Positions 30,375 through 40,600 of a stretch of DNA of 64,000 bases are shown one piece after another. Origin of the DNA: Rhodothermales bacterium (lineage in GTDB: Bacteria; Bacteroidota; Rhodothermia; Rhodothermales; JANQRZ01); contig OZ244038.1 in the NCBI GenBank assembly GCA_965215145.1, positions 1,340,579 to 1,404,578 of the forward strand. The letters run 5' to 3'. Both the position numbers and the translations under genes were made by a program. Positions within the stretch are counted from its first letter, which is position 1; every line of letters begins with the position of its first letter. A model generated the notes under the pieces. That model made no database searches, was not told the DNA's origin, and was given only the letters and a program-made list of their open reading frames with translations.

Positions 30375-32375
30375 TCAGTTCCCGTTCGAGCCGTTCGTGG
30401 TGCCGTTCATCGGGAAGGCGTCGTTGGCGAGGTCGGTGTCGGGGAGGGCGCCGTCGGGGTTGAGGCGGACGCCCGTGACCCGGCCCTCGACGCCGAGCTC
30501 GAACGTGTCGGCGTTGAAGAACGCCTCGGCGGGGACGCGCCGCCGCTCGGTTCTCCCGTCGGCAAAGGTCAGTTCGAGGTCGATAGGGAAGAGGAGGCCG
30601 CCGGCCTGCGACAGCGAGACCACCGTCTGCCCGTCCTCCTCCCGCACGCCGTCGATCCGCTGGTCGAGGGTGTCGGTCGAGTAGAACCACGCGCGCCAGA
30701 ACCACCCGAGCTCCTCGCCCGACACGTCCTCGATGGTGCGGAAGAAGTCGGCGGGCTGGGGGTGCTTGAAGGCCCACCGCTCGGTGTAGGCCCGGAACCC
30801 CTCGTCGAAGCGCTCGGGGCCGAGGATCGTCTCGCGGAGGATCTGGAGGCCCTTCGACGGCTTCCGGTAGCCGAGGAAGCCGAGGGCCGCGCGGCGCACC
30901 GCGTCCGAGGTTGTGGCGATCGGCTGGTCGGCCATCAGCGCCTCCTGCATCCGCCCGGCGACGTAGGGCGAGCGCGTCAGCCGGTACATCCTCACCTCGG
31001 CGCCCCGGCCGTAGCCGGCGATGGTGGGGTCGGCGTTCTCGTCGTAGAAGGCCGGGCCGGAGAGGGCGTTCATGAACGAGGCGAACCCCTCGTCCATCCA
31101 CACGTGCCGCCGCTCGTCGGAGCCGACGATCATGGGGAACCAGTTGTGGGCGACCTCGTGGTCGACGACGCCCTGGAGCGGGAACCCCCGGTCGGTCACG
31201 TCGGAGAAGTGGATCATCGGGTACTCCATCCCCCCGACGACGCCGGCCACGCTGATGGCGACGGGGTAGGGATAGGGGAACCATTGCTCGGAGTTGTACT
31301 GGACCGACTGCCGCCCGAACCGGGTAGCCTCCTCCCAGCCTGGCTCGGCGGGGTCGCTGCCGACGCCCTCGGGCGGGTAGGCCGAGAGGATGAGGACGTC
31401 GTTGCCGGCGGGGGTGGTGTAGCCGGCGCCGTCGAGGATGAACTGCTGGGAGGCGGCCCACGCGAAGTCGCGCACGTCCTCGGCGCGGTAGCGCCACGTC
31501 GTCGTGCCGCCGCCCGGCCGGGTGCCGGCTTCCTCGGGGCGGACGATGTAGACGCGCTCGGCGGAGCGCCGCGCCTCGGCGAGCCGGCCGAGCTGCTCCG
31601 CGTCCCACGTCTCCTCGGGGTTCGTCTGCTCGCCCGTGGCGACGACGACGAACTCGCTCGGCACCGTGATCGCCACGTCGTAGTCGCCGTAGCCGAGGTA
31701 GAACTCGCCCTGGCCGAGGTAGGGCAGCGCGTTCCAGCCCTCGACGTCGTCGTAGACCAGCACTTGCGGGAACCACTGCGCGATCTCGTAGACGGCGCCG
31801 CCCTCGACGGGGAGGATCCCCATCCGGTCCGCCCCGCGCTCCGGCACCCGGAAGCTCCACGCGATGTCGATCGTCACGGTCGAGCCGCCCGGCGCCATCG
31901 GCTCGGCGAGGTCGATGCGGAGGCGGGTGTCGTCTATGAGGGTCTCCGGCTCGTAGGGCTGGCCGCCCTGGCGCACGGCGATCGTGCCCAGCTCGATGCC
32001 GCCGCCGGGGAAGGCCCCGCTGAAGCGCGTCCCGGCTGGCGTCGTCAGCGCGCCGCGGCTGCCCTCGCGGAACAGGTTCTGCTCCAGCGAGAGCCACAGG
32101 AAGTCCAGCGGGTCCGGGCTGTTGTTCGTGTACGTGATGGTCTCCGAGCCGCGGACGGTGTTCGTCGCCGGGTCGAGCGAGACGGCGATGTCGTAGTCGG
32201 CCTCCTGCTGCCAGTAGGCCGGGCCGGGCTTGCCGGAGGCCGAGCGGTACTGGTTCGGCGTCGGGAGGTCGAGCGGGGCGAAGTACGGCGCGTTGGTTTC
32301 GGGGAGCGGCGCGTCCTGCGCCTCGGCAGGAAGAGCGAGGAGAGCGACGGCCAGGAGGAGGGGGAGGCGGGGCAT
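30375..32375 (-). CDS. M1-family zinc metallopeptidase (aminopeptidase N-like), secreted
   Basis: ATG 32375 with signal MPRLPLLLAVALLALPAEAQ. Gluzincin motif HEVAHNWF followed by WMDEGFASF. Confidence 0.85.
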   Translation of the reverse strand: MPRLPLLLAVALLALPAEAQDAPLPETNAPYFAPLDLPTPNQYRSASGKPGPAYWQQEADYDIAVSLDPATNTVRGSETITYTNNSPDPLDFLWLSLEQNLFREGSRGALTTPAGTRFSGAFPGGGIELGTIAVRQGGQPYEPETLIDDTRLRIDLAEPMAPGGSTVTIDIAWSFRVPERGADRMGILPVEGGAVYEIAQWFPQVLVYDDVEGWNALPYLGQGEFYLGYGDYDVAITVPSEFVVVATGEQTNPEETWDAEQLGRLAEARRSAERVYIVRPEEAGTRPGGGTTTWRYRAEDVRDFAWAASQQFILDGAGYTTPAGNDVLILSAYPPEGVGSDPAEPGWEEATRFGRQSVQYNSEQWFPYPYPVAISVAGVVGGMEYPMIHFSDVTDRGFPLQGVVDHEVAHNWFPMIVGSDERRHVWMDEGFASFMNALSGPAFYDENADPTIAGYGRGAEVRMYRLTRSPYVAGRMQEALMADQPIATTSDAVRRAALGFLGYRKPSKGLQILRETILGPERFDEGFRAYTERWAFKHPQPADFFRTIEDVSGEELGWFWRAWFYSTDTLDQRIDGVREEDGQTVVSLSQAGGLLFPIDLELTFADGRTERRRVPAEAFFNADTFELGVEGRVTGVRLNPDGALPDTDLANDAFPMNGTTNGSNGN

Positions 32376-32445
32376 CGGCGGTATGGGAATAGGAGGCGCG
32401 CGAAGATAGCGCGGCGTCCCACCGTGCCGCGTTGCTCCGCCTACC

Positions 32446-32474
32446 GTAGGGACGCGACACGTCGCGTTTCTACC
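32446..32474. terminator. Hairpin after the mscS-like gene, related to the 4939-4960 palindrome
   Basis: GTAGGGACGCGACACGTCGCGTTTCTACC has stem ACGCGAC/GTCGCGT. It lies 14 nt downstream of stop 32488 on the minus strand. It shares AGGGACGC..GCGT..CTACC with the other copy. Confidence 0.4.
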
Positions 32475-32487
32475 CCGCACGGCCTCG

Positions 32488-33930
32488 TCAGAGCTCGAAG
32501 AACAGACGGATGCGGTGGAGGAGGCCCTCGTGCGGCATCCCCGCGCCGTCGCCCTGGGCCGAGGCGCGGGCCTCGCGGCGCGCGTCGAGCCCGCCCTGCC
32601 GCTCGGCGATCAGCCGGCTGAAGGCCTCCGCCAGCGCGGCGTTCTTGGTGACGACCTCGCGCACGGCCTCCTTCCCAATCTCCAGCAGCTCGACCTCGCC
32701 CACGGCCACGGCGTCGGCGTTCCGGGGCTCGCCGGTGAAGAGCGCCATCTCGCCGAAGAAGTCGCCGGGGCCGAGGCGGGCCACGGGCAGCGGCGGGTCG
32801 CGGTCGTCTCGGACGCCGTCGCCGGCGGGCGGGGGGAGGCGGATCTCGACGTACCCCTCGCGGACGATGAACATCGAGCTCCCGGGGGCGCCCGCGCGGA
32901 GGATCGGCTCGCCGGGGCCGTAGACGACCGGCTCGATCCCGTCGGCCACCTCGGCCCGCTGCTCCGGCGTGAGCGGCGCGAAGAACGGGTTGGCCGCGAG
33001 GTCGGCACCGTAGGAGGCGCGGGCCTCCTGCGTCGGCGGGGCGGCCTGCCGCTGCGGGCGGAGGAGCTGGACGTGCGGGAACGGAATCTCGATGCCCACG
33101 CGGCTGTAGAGGTACCACACCCGCTTGCGGACGGTCGCGTCGATGCCCTCGACGTCGAGGTAGTCCCGCGTCCAGTAGACCACCTCGTAGTCCACGTTCG
33201 AGTCGGCGAAGCCCTTGACGCGGACGAGCGGCGGGCGCTCGTGGGCCACCTTCGGGACGGAGCGGACGGCGTCCTCGACGAGGGCGACCACGCGCTCGGG
33301 CGGCACGTCGTAGGGGGCCGGCAGGACGAGCAGGCGGCGGTTGAGCTCGGCCGCCCGGTAGACCTCCAGCGGCTCCCGCGCCACCGACGCGTTCGGCAGC
33401 ACGACGACGGTGTTGTCGAGGGTGCGGATCGAGGTCGTCCGCCAGTCGAACGCCTCGACGCGCCCGAGCCGGTCCGCGATCCGGATCGTGTCGCCGATTA
33501 AAAAAGGCTGCTCGATCTGAATGGATATACCGGAGAAGAAGTTGCCCAGCGTCTCCTGCAGCGCGAAGCCGAGCACGACGGTGGCGACGGCGCTCGTCGC
33601 TGCGAGCCCGCTGAGGTCCTGCTCGAACACCGCCGAGAGGATCAGCGCGAACGCGGCGAAGTAGAGGATGACGGCGGCCAGCGCGTGGAGCAGCCTCGGC
33701 GCCTCGGTCCCCTTCACCCGGCGGAAGAGGACGTCGAGCGCGAGGAACCCCACGACGCGGACGACGACGACGGCCAGCGCCATCAGCAGCGCGGCCCGGA
33801 GGTACGGCTCGGCCTCGCGCTCCGTCCACCCCGGCACGAACAGCGCCAGCGCGAAGTAGACGGCCAGGAGCACCCCGCTGAGGAACAGCGAGAAGCGGAT
33901 CTGCTGGACGGTGCGGCGGGCGGAGTGCAT
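32488..33930 (-). CDS. MscS-family mechanosensitive channel with C-terminal cyclic-nucleotide-binding domain
   Basis: N-terminal TM helices. MscS core ..LGNFFSGISIQIEQPFLIGDTIRI... C-terminal cNMP domain ..GDFFGEMALFTGEPRNADAVAVGEVELLEIGK... Confidence 0.85.
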   Translation of the reverse strand: MHSARRTVQQIRFSLFLSGVLLAVYFALALFVPGWTEREAEPYLRAALLMALAVVVVRVVGFLALDVLFRRVKGTEAPRLLHALAAVILYFAAFALILSAVFEQDLSGLAATSAVATVVLGFALQETLGNFFSGISIQIEQPFLIGDTIRIADRLGRVEAFDWRTTSIRTLDNTVVVLPNASVAREPLEVYRAAELNRRLLVLPAPYDVPPERVVALVEDAVRSVPKVAHERPPLVRVKGFADSNVDYEVVYWTRDYLDVEGIDATVRKRVWYLYSRVGIEIPFPHVQLLRPQRQAAPPTQEARASYGADLAANPFFAPLTPEQRAEVADGIEPVVYGPGEPILRAGAPGSSMFIVREGYVEIRLPPPAGDGVRDDRDPPLPVARLGPGDFFGEMALFTGEPRNADAVAVGEVELLEIGKEAVREVVTKNAALAEAFSRLIAERQGGLDARREARASAQGDGAGMPHEGLLHRIRLFFEL

Positions 33931-34061
33931 CGGAGGTTGGGGAGGGGCCAGCCCTGCGGCTACAACCCGCTAACTAACTGAATCCGGGGCGGTTTTGCAA
34001 ATGGCGCGCGCCGCGCTCCTACTCCAGACGCGTCCTCCCCGATTCTGCAGCCCGCGCTCGT

Positions 34062-34150
34062 TCAGCATCTAGCCCGCGCCAGCAGCCAGAGCGCGAGGCC
34101 GAGGAAGAGGGCGTGCGTCCGCCGTGTGCTTGCCGGCGGCGGGGTGGGAC
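34062..34150 (-). pseudogene. Remnant of an LptF/G-type permease 3' end (duplicate of 41195-41286)
   Basis: The minus-strand reading HALFLGLALWLLARARC* (34115..34062) aligns codon-for-codon with the lptF/G end HAVFLGLALWLLLRARR* (41248..41195). My count is 43/54 nt and 14/17 aa identical, with the stop in the same register. Weaker similarity continues about 35 nt further upstream. Confidence 0.6.
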
Positions 34151-34234
34151 GCAGGAATATTCGTCTCCCCCCTTGCACGCGGATGCCTCGCGCCTTACGT
34201 TGGGGTGTCCCCGTTCGAATAGAAGGTCACTCTC

Positions 34235-35851
34235 ATGCGACGCTGCCCTCGCTCCGTGCTCCTTCTCACGCTTGCGGCCCTCTCGGCAGCGCCTGTGCAG
34301 GCGCAGGAGGTGCTGACGGAGGACGCGAAGCTCGTCGGCTCCGAGGCCGACCCCGCCTCGACGGTGGGGTGGAGCGTCAGCGCGGCCGAGGGCCTCGTCG
34401 TGGTGGGGGCGTGGCGCGACGACGAGTTCGGGGCGCTGGCCGGGGCGGCGTACGTCTTCGGCGAGGGGGCGGGGGGCTGGGCGGAGGAGGCGAAGCTCGT
34501 GGCTTCGGACGCCGCAGCGGGGGACACGTTCGGGTTCGCCGTGGCGGCGGGGTCCGAGTCGGGCTCGGACGTGGTGGTGGGGGCGCCGGGGACCTCGAGC
34601 GACCCGCGGAGCGACGCGGCCTACGTGTTCCGCCGTGGGGAAGAGGGGGCGTGGGCGGAGGAGGCGAAGCTGACCCCGTCGGATGGGGAGGAGACCAACG
34701 ACCAGTTCGGCCGCGCCGTCGCTGTGGCTGACAGCCTCGCTCTGATCACGGCCTACGGGGTGGTCAATCCGAACGGGACAACTGGGGCAGCCTACGCTTT
34801 CCGTCGCACCACGGAAGGGGGATGGGTAGAAGAGGCAAGGCTCACTACCACCGAAGGCACTGCCTTCAACGGGTTCGGTCGATCCGTCGCTGTTACCCCC
34901 GCCGACGGGGCGGGTCGTCCGGCCACAGCACTCATTGGCGCTCATGTTGATGAGAGCCAGATGGGTGCGGCCTATGCCTTCCGCCGTGCGCCCGATGGCA
35001 CATGGGTTGAGGAGGCGAAGCTCACCGCTCCTGACGGGGAACCTTTCGACCTCTTCGGCCTCGGCGTCTCCCTCGCCGTCACGGCCACCGGGGACCTCCT
35101 CGCCCTCGTCGGCTCCCTCGGCGACGACGGCGCCGGGGAGCAGACCGGGGCCGCCTACGTCTTCCGCCGCGAGCCCTCCGCCGCGCCCGGTGCCGACGGC
35201 ACCTGGGCCTTCGAGGCGAAGCTCACCGCCGCCGACGGCCAGATCGGCCAGCGCCTCGGCTGGGCCGTCGCCCTAGCCTCTGCGGAGGAGTCTGACGCCG
35301 ACGCCGTGGCCGTGCTCGGCGCCGACGGGGCCTACGGCTTCGCCGGCACCGTCCGCCTCTTCCGCCGTGACCTCGCCAGCGGTGCCGCGGGTGGGGAGCC
35401 GGTGTGGACGGAGGCGGCGGAGCTGTGGGCGAGCGACCGCGCGCCGGGCATGGAGCTCGGCTACTCGGTGGGAGTCTCGGGTACGTTTGCGGTGGCGGGG
35501 GCGCCGTACGCGGACCCGATGGGGGGGGCGGCCTACGTGTGGGACCTCCGGCGGGCGCTCCCGAGCGAGGCCCCCCCGCTTGCGGGCGGTCGGGAGGTCG
35601 AGCTCTCGGCGTGGCCGAACCCGGCGCGGGGGGCGGCGACGGTGGCGCTCCGCCTCGCGGCGTCGGCGCACGTCCGCCTCGTGGTCTACGACGGGCTCGG
35701 CCGCGCGGTCGGCGTGCTCTACGAGGGGCCGGCCGCGGCGGGGGAGACACTCGTCCGGCTCGACGCGGGGGAGTGGGCCCCGGGGGTGTACTTCCTCCGG
35801 CTCGAAGCGGAAGATGCGGTGGTGACGGTCCCCGTTACGGTTCTCGACTGA
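34235..35851 (+). CDS. Secreted FG-GAP-like beta-propeller repeat protein with T9SS C-terminal sorting domain
   Basis: Signal peptide. About seven repeats of ..EEAKL.A.D....D.FG.AVA......ALVGA..D.....GAAYVFRR... C-terminus AWPNPARGAATVALRL..VRLVVYDGLGRAVGVLYEG..LDAGEWAPGVYFLRLEA.. is Por secretion tail-like. Confidence 0.75.
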   Translation: MRRCPRSVLLLTLAALSAAPVQAQEVLTEDAKLVGSEADPASTVGWSVSAAEGLVVVGAWRDDEFGALAGAAYVFGEGAGGWAEEAKLVASDAAAGDTFGFAVAAGSESGSDVVVGAPGTSSDPRSDAAYVFRRGEEGAWAEEAKLTPSDGEETNDQFGRAVAVADSLALITAYGVVNPNGTTGAAYAFRRTTEGGWVEEARLTTTEGTAFNGFGRSVAVTPADGAGRPATALIGAHVDESQMGAAYAFRRAPDGTWVEEAKLTAPDGEPFDLFGLGVSLAVTATGDLLALVGSLGDDGAGEQTGAAYVFRREPSAAPGADGTWAFEAKLTAADGQIGQRLGWAVALASAEESDADAVAVLGADGAYGFAGTVRLFRRDLASGAAGGEPVWTEAAELWASDRAPGMELGYSVGVSGTFAVAGAPYADPMGGAAYVWDLRRALPSEAPPLAGGREVELSAWPNPARGAATVALRLAASAHVRLVVYDGLGRAVGVLYEGPAAAGETLVRLDAGEWAPGVYFLRLEAEDAVVTVPVTVLD

Positions 35852-35930
35852 CGCTGTCATGAACCCCACAAGCTCTCGTTCGCGGCGCTCTCCCGCCCTC
35901 GACTCATCGCGCCCTCCACCCCTCCTCACG

Positions 35931-37595
35931 ATGCCACTACGTACGATGCCACGCCTCCCGCTCCTCCTCTCCTTCCTCCTCACGCTCATCGTGGCCGTCG
36001 CGCTCGTGTCCCCGGCGTGGGCGCAGGAGGTGCTGACGGAGGACGCGAAGCTCGTCGGCTCCGACGCCGACTCGGTGGCGACCGCGGGGTGGAGCGTGGC
36101 CGCCGCGGACGGGCTCGTCGTGATGGGGGCGTGGCGCGACGACGAGTTCGGGCTCCAGGCCGGTGCCGCCTACATCTTTCGCGAGGGCGCGGGGGGCTGG
36201 GAGGAGGAGGCGAAGCTCGTGGCGAGCGATGCTGAGGCGTGGGACACGTTCGGGTGGGCCGTGGCAGCGGGGTCCGCGCCGGGCTCGGACGTGGTGGTCG
36301 TGGGGGCGCGGGGTACTGCGAGCGACCCCACGAGCGACGCCGCCTACGTCTTCCGCCACGAGGGGGGGGGGGCGTGGGTGGAGGAGGTAAAGCTCATTCC
36401 CACCGACGGTGATGGTGCCCACGATGCCTTTGGCGATGCCGTCGCCGTCGCCAACAACCTAGCCCTCGTCGGGGCCTTCGGCGCGGACGACTTCGGCGAC
36501 ACCTCCGGGGCGGCCTACACGTTCCGGCGCACTTTCGACGGAGAGTGGATCCAAGAATCTCGCCTCCTCGCCTCCGACGGAGCCGCCGGTGACGGGTTCG
36601 GCAGGAGCGTGGCTGTCTTCGCCCCAGGCGGCGCGAGCGGTCCACCCATCGCCCTAGTCGGAGCTCCGACGAAGGACGGGCCCTCGGAGAAGATCCAAAC
36701 GGGCGCGACCTACGCCTTCCGCCGCGCCGAAAACGGAGCGTGGGTGGAGGAGGCGAAGCTCACTGCCCCCGGTGCCGAAGCCTTCGACTCCTTCGGCATC
36801 GACGTCTCCATCGCTACTACACCCAGCGGGAACCTTCTCGCCCTCATCGGTGCTTACGGTGATGCTGAGGAAGAGCCGCAGACCGGCGCCGCTTACGTCT
36901 TCCGCCGCGAGCCTGCTACTACATCAGGCGGGGATGGGAGGTGGGTCTTCGAGGCCAAGCTCGCCGCCGCCGACGGCTCGGCCGGCCAGCGCCTCGGATG
37001 GTCCGTCGCTTTGGCCCCTGCGGAGGAGTCTGGCGCCGAGGCCGTCGCCGTGCTCGGCGCCGACGGGGCCTATGGCCTCACCGGCACCGTCCGCCTCTTC
37101 CGCCGCACCACCGTCGGCGGCGTGCCGGTGTGGGCGGAGGAGGCCGAGCTGTGGGCCTCCGACCGCGTGCCAGGGATGCGGCTCGGCCACGGCGTTGGGG
37201 CCTCGGGCGCTTATGCTGTCGCGGGCGCCCCGTACGTGGACGGCCTCGGCGGCCCGGCGGGCCGGGGTGCGGCCTACGTGTGGGACCTCCGCCGCGCCCT
37301 CCCGAACGAGGCGCCTCCCCCGCTCGGGGGCGGTGCCCCGCTCGGGCTCGTGGCTTACCCGAACCCCTCGGCGGGGGCCGCCACCGTCGCGCTCCGCCTC
37401 GTGGCGCCGTCGCACGTCCGCCTCGTGGTCTACGACGGGCTCGGCCGCGCGGTCGGCGTGCTCTACGAGGGGCCGGCCGCGGTGGGGGAGACACTCGTCC
37501 GGCTCGACGCGGGGGAGTGGGCCCCGGGGGTGTACTTCCTCCGGCTCCAGGCTGGCTCCGGGGCGGTGACGGCCCCCCTCACGATCCTTGACTGA
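35931..37595 (+). CDS. Secreted FG-GAP-like repeat protein with T9SS C-terminal domain (tandem paralogue)
   Basis: Start at ATG 35931 or 35946 (MPRLPLLLSFLL..). Same repeat architecture and C-terminal domain as the upstream gene. 56/70 residues are identical in the N-terminal stretch I aligned. Confidence 0.75.
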   Translation: MPLRTMPRLPLLLSFLLTLIVAVALVSPAWAQEVLTEDAKLVGSDADSVATAGWSVAAADGLVVMGAWRDDEFGLQAGAAYIFREGAGGWEEEAKLVASDAEAWDTFGWAVAAGSAPGSDVVVVGARGTASDPTSDAAYVFRHEGGGAWVEEVKLIPTDGDGAHDAFGDAVAVANNLALVGAFGADDFGDTSGAAYTFRRTFDGEWIQESRLLASDGAAGDGFGRSVAVFAPGGASGPPIALVGAPTKDGPSEKIQTGATYAFRRAENGAWVEEAKLTAPGAEAFDSFGIDVSIATTPSGNLLALIGAYGDAEEEPQTGAAYVFRREPATTSGGDGRWVFEAKLAAADGSAGQRLGWSVALAPAEESGAEAVAVLGADGAYGLTGTVRLFRRTTVGGVPVWAEEAELWASDRVPGMRLGHGVGASGAYAVAGAPYVDGLGGPAGRGAAYVWDLRRALPNEAPPPLGGGAPLGLVAYPNPSAGAATVALRLVAPSHVRLVVYDGLGRAVGVLYEGPAAVGETLVRLDAGEWAPGVYFLRLQAGSGAVTAPLTILD

Positions 37596-37690
37596 GTCCC
37601 AACGGAATCCCACGCGCGGGCCGCTCCGCTTGCGGCCTCTCGCCTCAACAAAGGCAACCCCGACGGCACCTCCACTCAACCCGCACTGCC

Positions 37691-40600
37691 ATGCGTACCA
37701 CCCCGCTCTGCCTCGCTGCTCTCCCCACTGTCCTCCTCGCACTCGCCCTGTCGCCGCCGTCCGCGGCACAGGTAGACGAGGAATGCTTCCTCCCGACACC
37801 CCCTCCCGGCGTTGACCGCAACGTCAACCCCGGCGCCAACCTCTACTTTCCCAATGAAGGCCGCATCAACGCCCTCTACGTCTTCGTCCAGCACAAGGAC
37901 GACCTCGGCGACGACGCCTCCACCACAGACCCCGTGACAGAGTGGCCTGCCATGCGAAGCCGGGGACCCGACCGGCTCCTCCCCGCCTGGGGACCGGACC
38001 GCCTCGCACTTCCCGGCAGTGACCCAGGTGACTACGCTGAGGGCTCCCTCAGCCATTACTACCACATGGTCTCGGGCGGGCGGTTCAAGCTCGAAGGGTA
38101 CGTCTACCCCGGGGTTTACATCCCCCCGCAGGACAAGGACTGGTACGGGGACAACCCCAGTACCTTCCCCAACGGGCAGGTCCGTCTCTCCCACGAGATC
38201 CTTTCGTGGGTGAACCAAAACCCTGAGGGCATTCCCTTCGACGAGCTCGACCGGTGGCAGAATGGGACAGCAGACGCGACGGAGGATACTGAAGATGGTT
38301 TTGTGGACATGGTCATCCTGCACTTCCGCAGCAACAACCTCGACGCGATGGGGGTCGGTTGTACAAACCCGTCAAACCCGGCGATAACGTCTCTGGGCTC
38401 AGGGTCATGCGCCGGAGGCCCCTACCGAACTCCCGACACCGATGGCTTCGAATCAGACCCCCTATTTCTAGGTTCGAAGCAGGTAATCGATAACATCGTC
38501 AACGGCTCCGGCGTCCTCAGCGCGGGGCGCGCCGTCGTCGGGAAAACGACCCCGCACGAGGTCGGTCACCGCCAGTTCGGCTACTACCACACGAGCGGCA
38601 CCAACACCTTCAGCGTCATGCACGGGAACTCCGCTCAGATGCTCATGGGCGCGTCTGACCGCGCGAAGCTCGGGTGGATCGAACTCGACACCCTCGACGC
38701 TTCCACCCTGACCCATCAGACTCTCACACTCGAAGACACCTTTGAGAGCGGACGCGCGCTCTACGTCATGGACGGGACGCCGGGCGAAGGCGACCTCATC
38801 ATCGAGGCGCGGGCGGGGACGAACTTCTGGGACCGACCCCCGGACGGGCAGAACTATGATGCCCACGACCCGCCCCTCGACGCGGCTCTGTATCTCCACC
38901 AGCCCGGCCTCATGGTCTATAAGCGGAACTCCTCAGGCTCGTTCTACTCCAGCATGGAGCGGACGGGCCTCGACTTCCGCCCCATGTACTACCTCCTTGT
39001 TGCTGACGGCTTCTCGGGTGCGCCCTACGCCGGCAACGTCCCCATCTACCTCACGCCCGGCTCCTCCTACACGCCCCTCTCTGTCTACCGATTCGGCTTC
39101 TACAATTCCGGCGGCGCTCTCGACGACCTCTTCGCTCTGACTGACATCGCTGCCACGGGCGACGGCTTCACCTTCGACGTGTGGGGGCAGGGCCGCTTCC
39201 TGTCCCAAGATGTGGTGGCGGCGAAGGAGGTAGCAGGTGTCTCTACGTTCACCACCGATGAGGCGCTCGGACGGGAGGCAGCTTGGGAGCTCCGAGGAGA
39301 GTTCGTGTTTAGTGATAGCGTGAAGGCCGCGGCTGACGGCGATCCCCTAAACATCCTTCTCGGTCCAGACGCGACTCTCACCTTCGACGGACCCGCCGCG
39401 TGGGCGGGCGAGCCGGACGCTCCCGTTCGTGTTGGCCGAGCCGACGCCGGTGCAGCGTGGGGCCGGCTCATCCTCCGCGATGACCCCGGCGGCACCCACA
39501 CCCTCCGCCACGTCCGCATCGAGGGCGGCACCGTCGGCCTCGACGTCCGGGCGCGCGGGAGCGCCGACCCCGCCGCTGTCGGCGCCGCCGTCACCGACGC
39601 CGCCCTCGTCGGCAACACCGTCGGCGTGCTCACGGACTTCGCCGGGTGCGGCACGGACTGCCGCGCCCAGCGCGCGCGGCTCGTGCTCGACCGCGTCCTC
39701 GTGGACTCCAGCGCCTGGTACGGCCTCTACGCCCGCAACGCCGACGTCGCCCTCTACGCCTCCACCGTCCGGAACAGCGGGCGCCACGGCGTCGTCTTCA
39801 CCAACGCCACCGCGACCGGCTTCGCCGAGAACGTGATCGAGGCGAACGGCGCCCCCGGCTCCTCCTACGACGGCCTCCGCGTCGCCGCCAACGGGAGCGT
39901 CCGCTCCGGGGCACGCGGGAACTTCGTCGGGCTGCCGGGGGGGCCGAGGCTGGCGGGGCGGAACCGGATCGCCGACAACGCCGACCACCAGGTGGCCTAC
40001 CTCGACGGCGGCTACCTCTTCCTCGGCGACGCCACCTCCGGCGGGTTCGACACCATCACCGAGCCCGGCACGGGCTGCCGTGTCTACAACGCCTCCGGGA
40101 GCATCCTCGAGGCGGAGTACACCTACTGGGGGACGACGACGGCCCCGCCAGCGAGCTTCTTCTGCGGGCCGTACCCCGTGGACGTGAGCCCCTTCCTCAC
40201 GGCCGACTCCACGGCCGGCTCCGGCTACCGCCCCGGCGAGGGCGCTCTGGTCGCCGCCCTCCCGGAGTCGGGCGGGCCGCGCGGCGACGTGGGTGGGGGG
40301 TACACCCTGGAGGCCCTCGCCGCCGAGATCCGCGCCGTCCGCGATGCCGTCGCAGCCGACGTGGCGGCGCCCGAGGCGGCCGGGAGCCTCCGTCTCCTCG
40401 GCGCGCTCCACCGCCTCGACGAGGCCGACCTCACCGGCGAGCGCGGAGCGACCACGGCGCTGCTCGAAGCCCTCCGCGCCGACCTCCACGCTGGCGGCCT
40501 CGCGCCTGCCCACCAGGCCACGGCGGAGCAGGCGCTGCTGGTCGAGGTGGAGTTCGCCCTCGGGGCCGAGCGCTACGACGTGGCGGACGACCTCGTGACG

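Noticed and set aside
36362-36372. Homopolymeric runs (G11 at 36362-36372 in FG-GAP paralogue 2; G10 at 3791-3800 in the short nfeD; G10/C10 at 45846-45855 in the BON gene) as phase-variation switches
   Set aside because: With G and C each near 0.36, my rough estimate is that about three runs of 10 or more are expected by chance in 64 kb, which is what is seen. All keep the reading frame intact (Gly or Pro codons). They are worth remembering as sequencing-error hotspots only.
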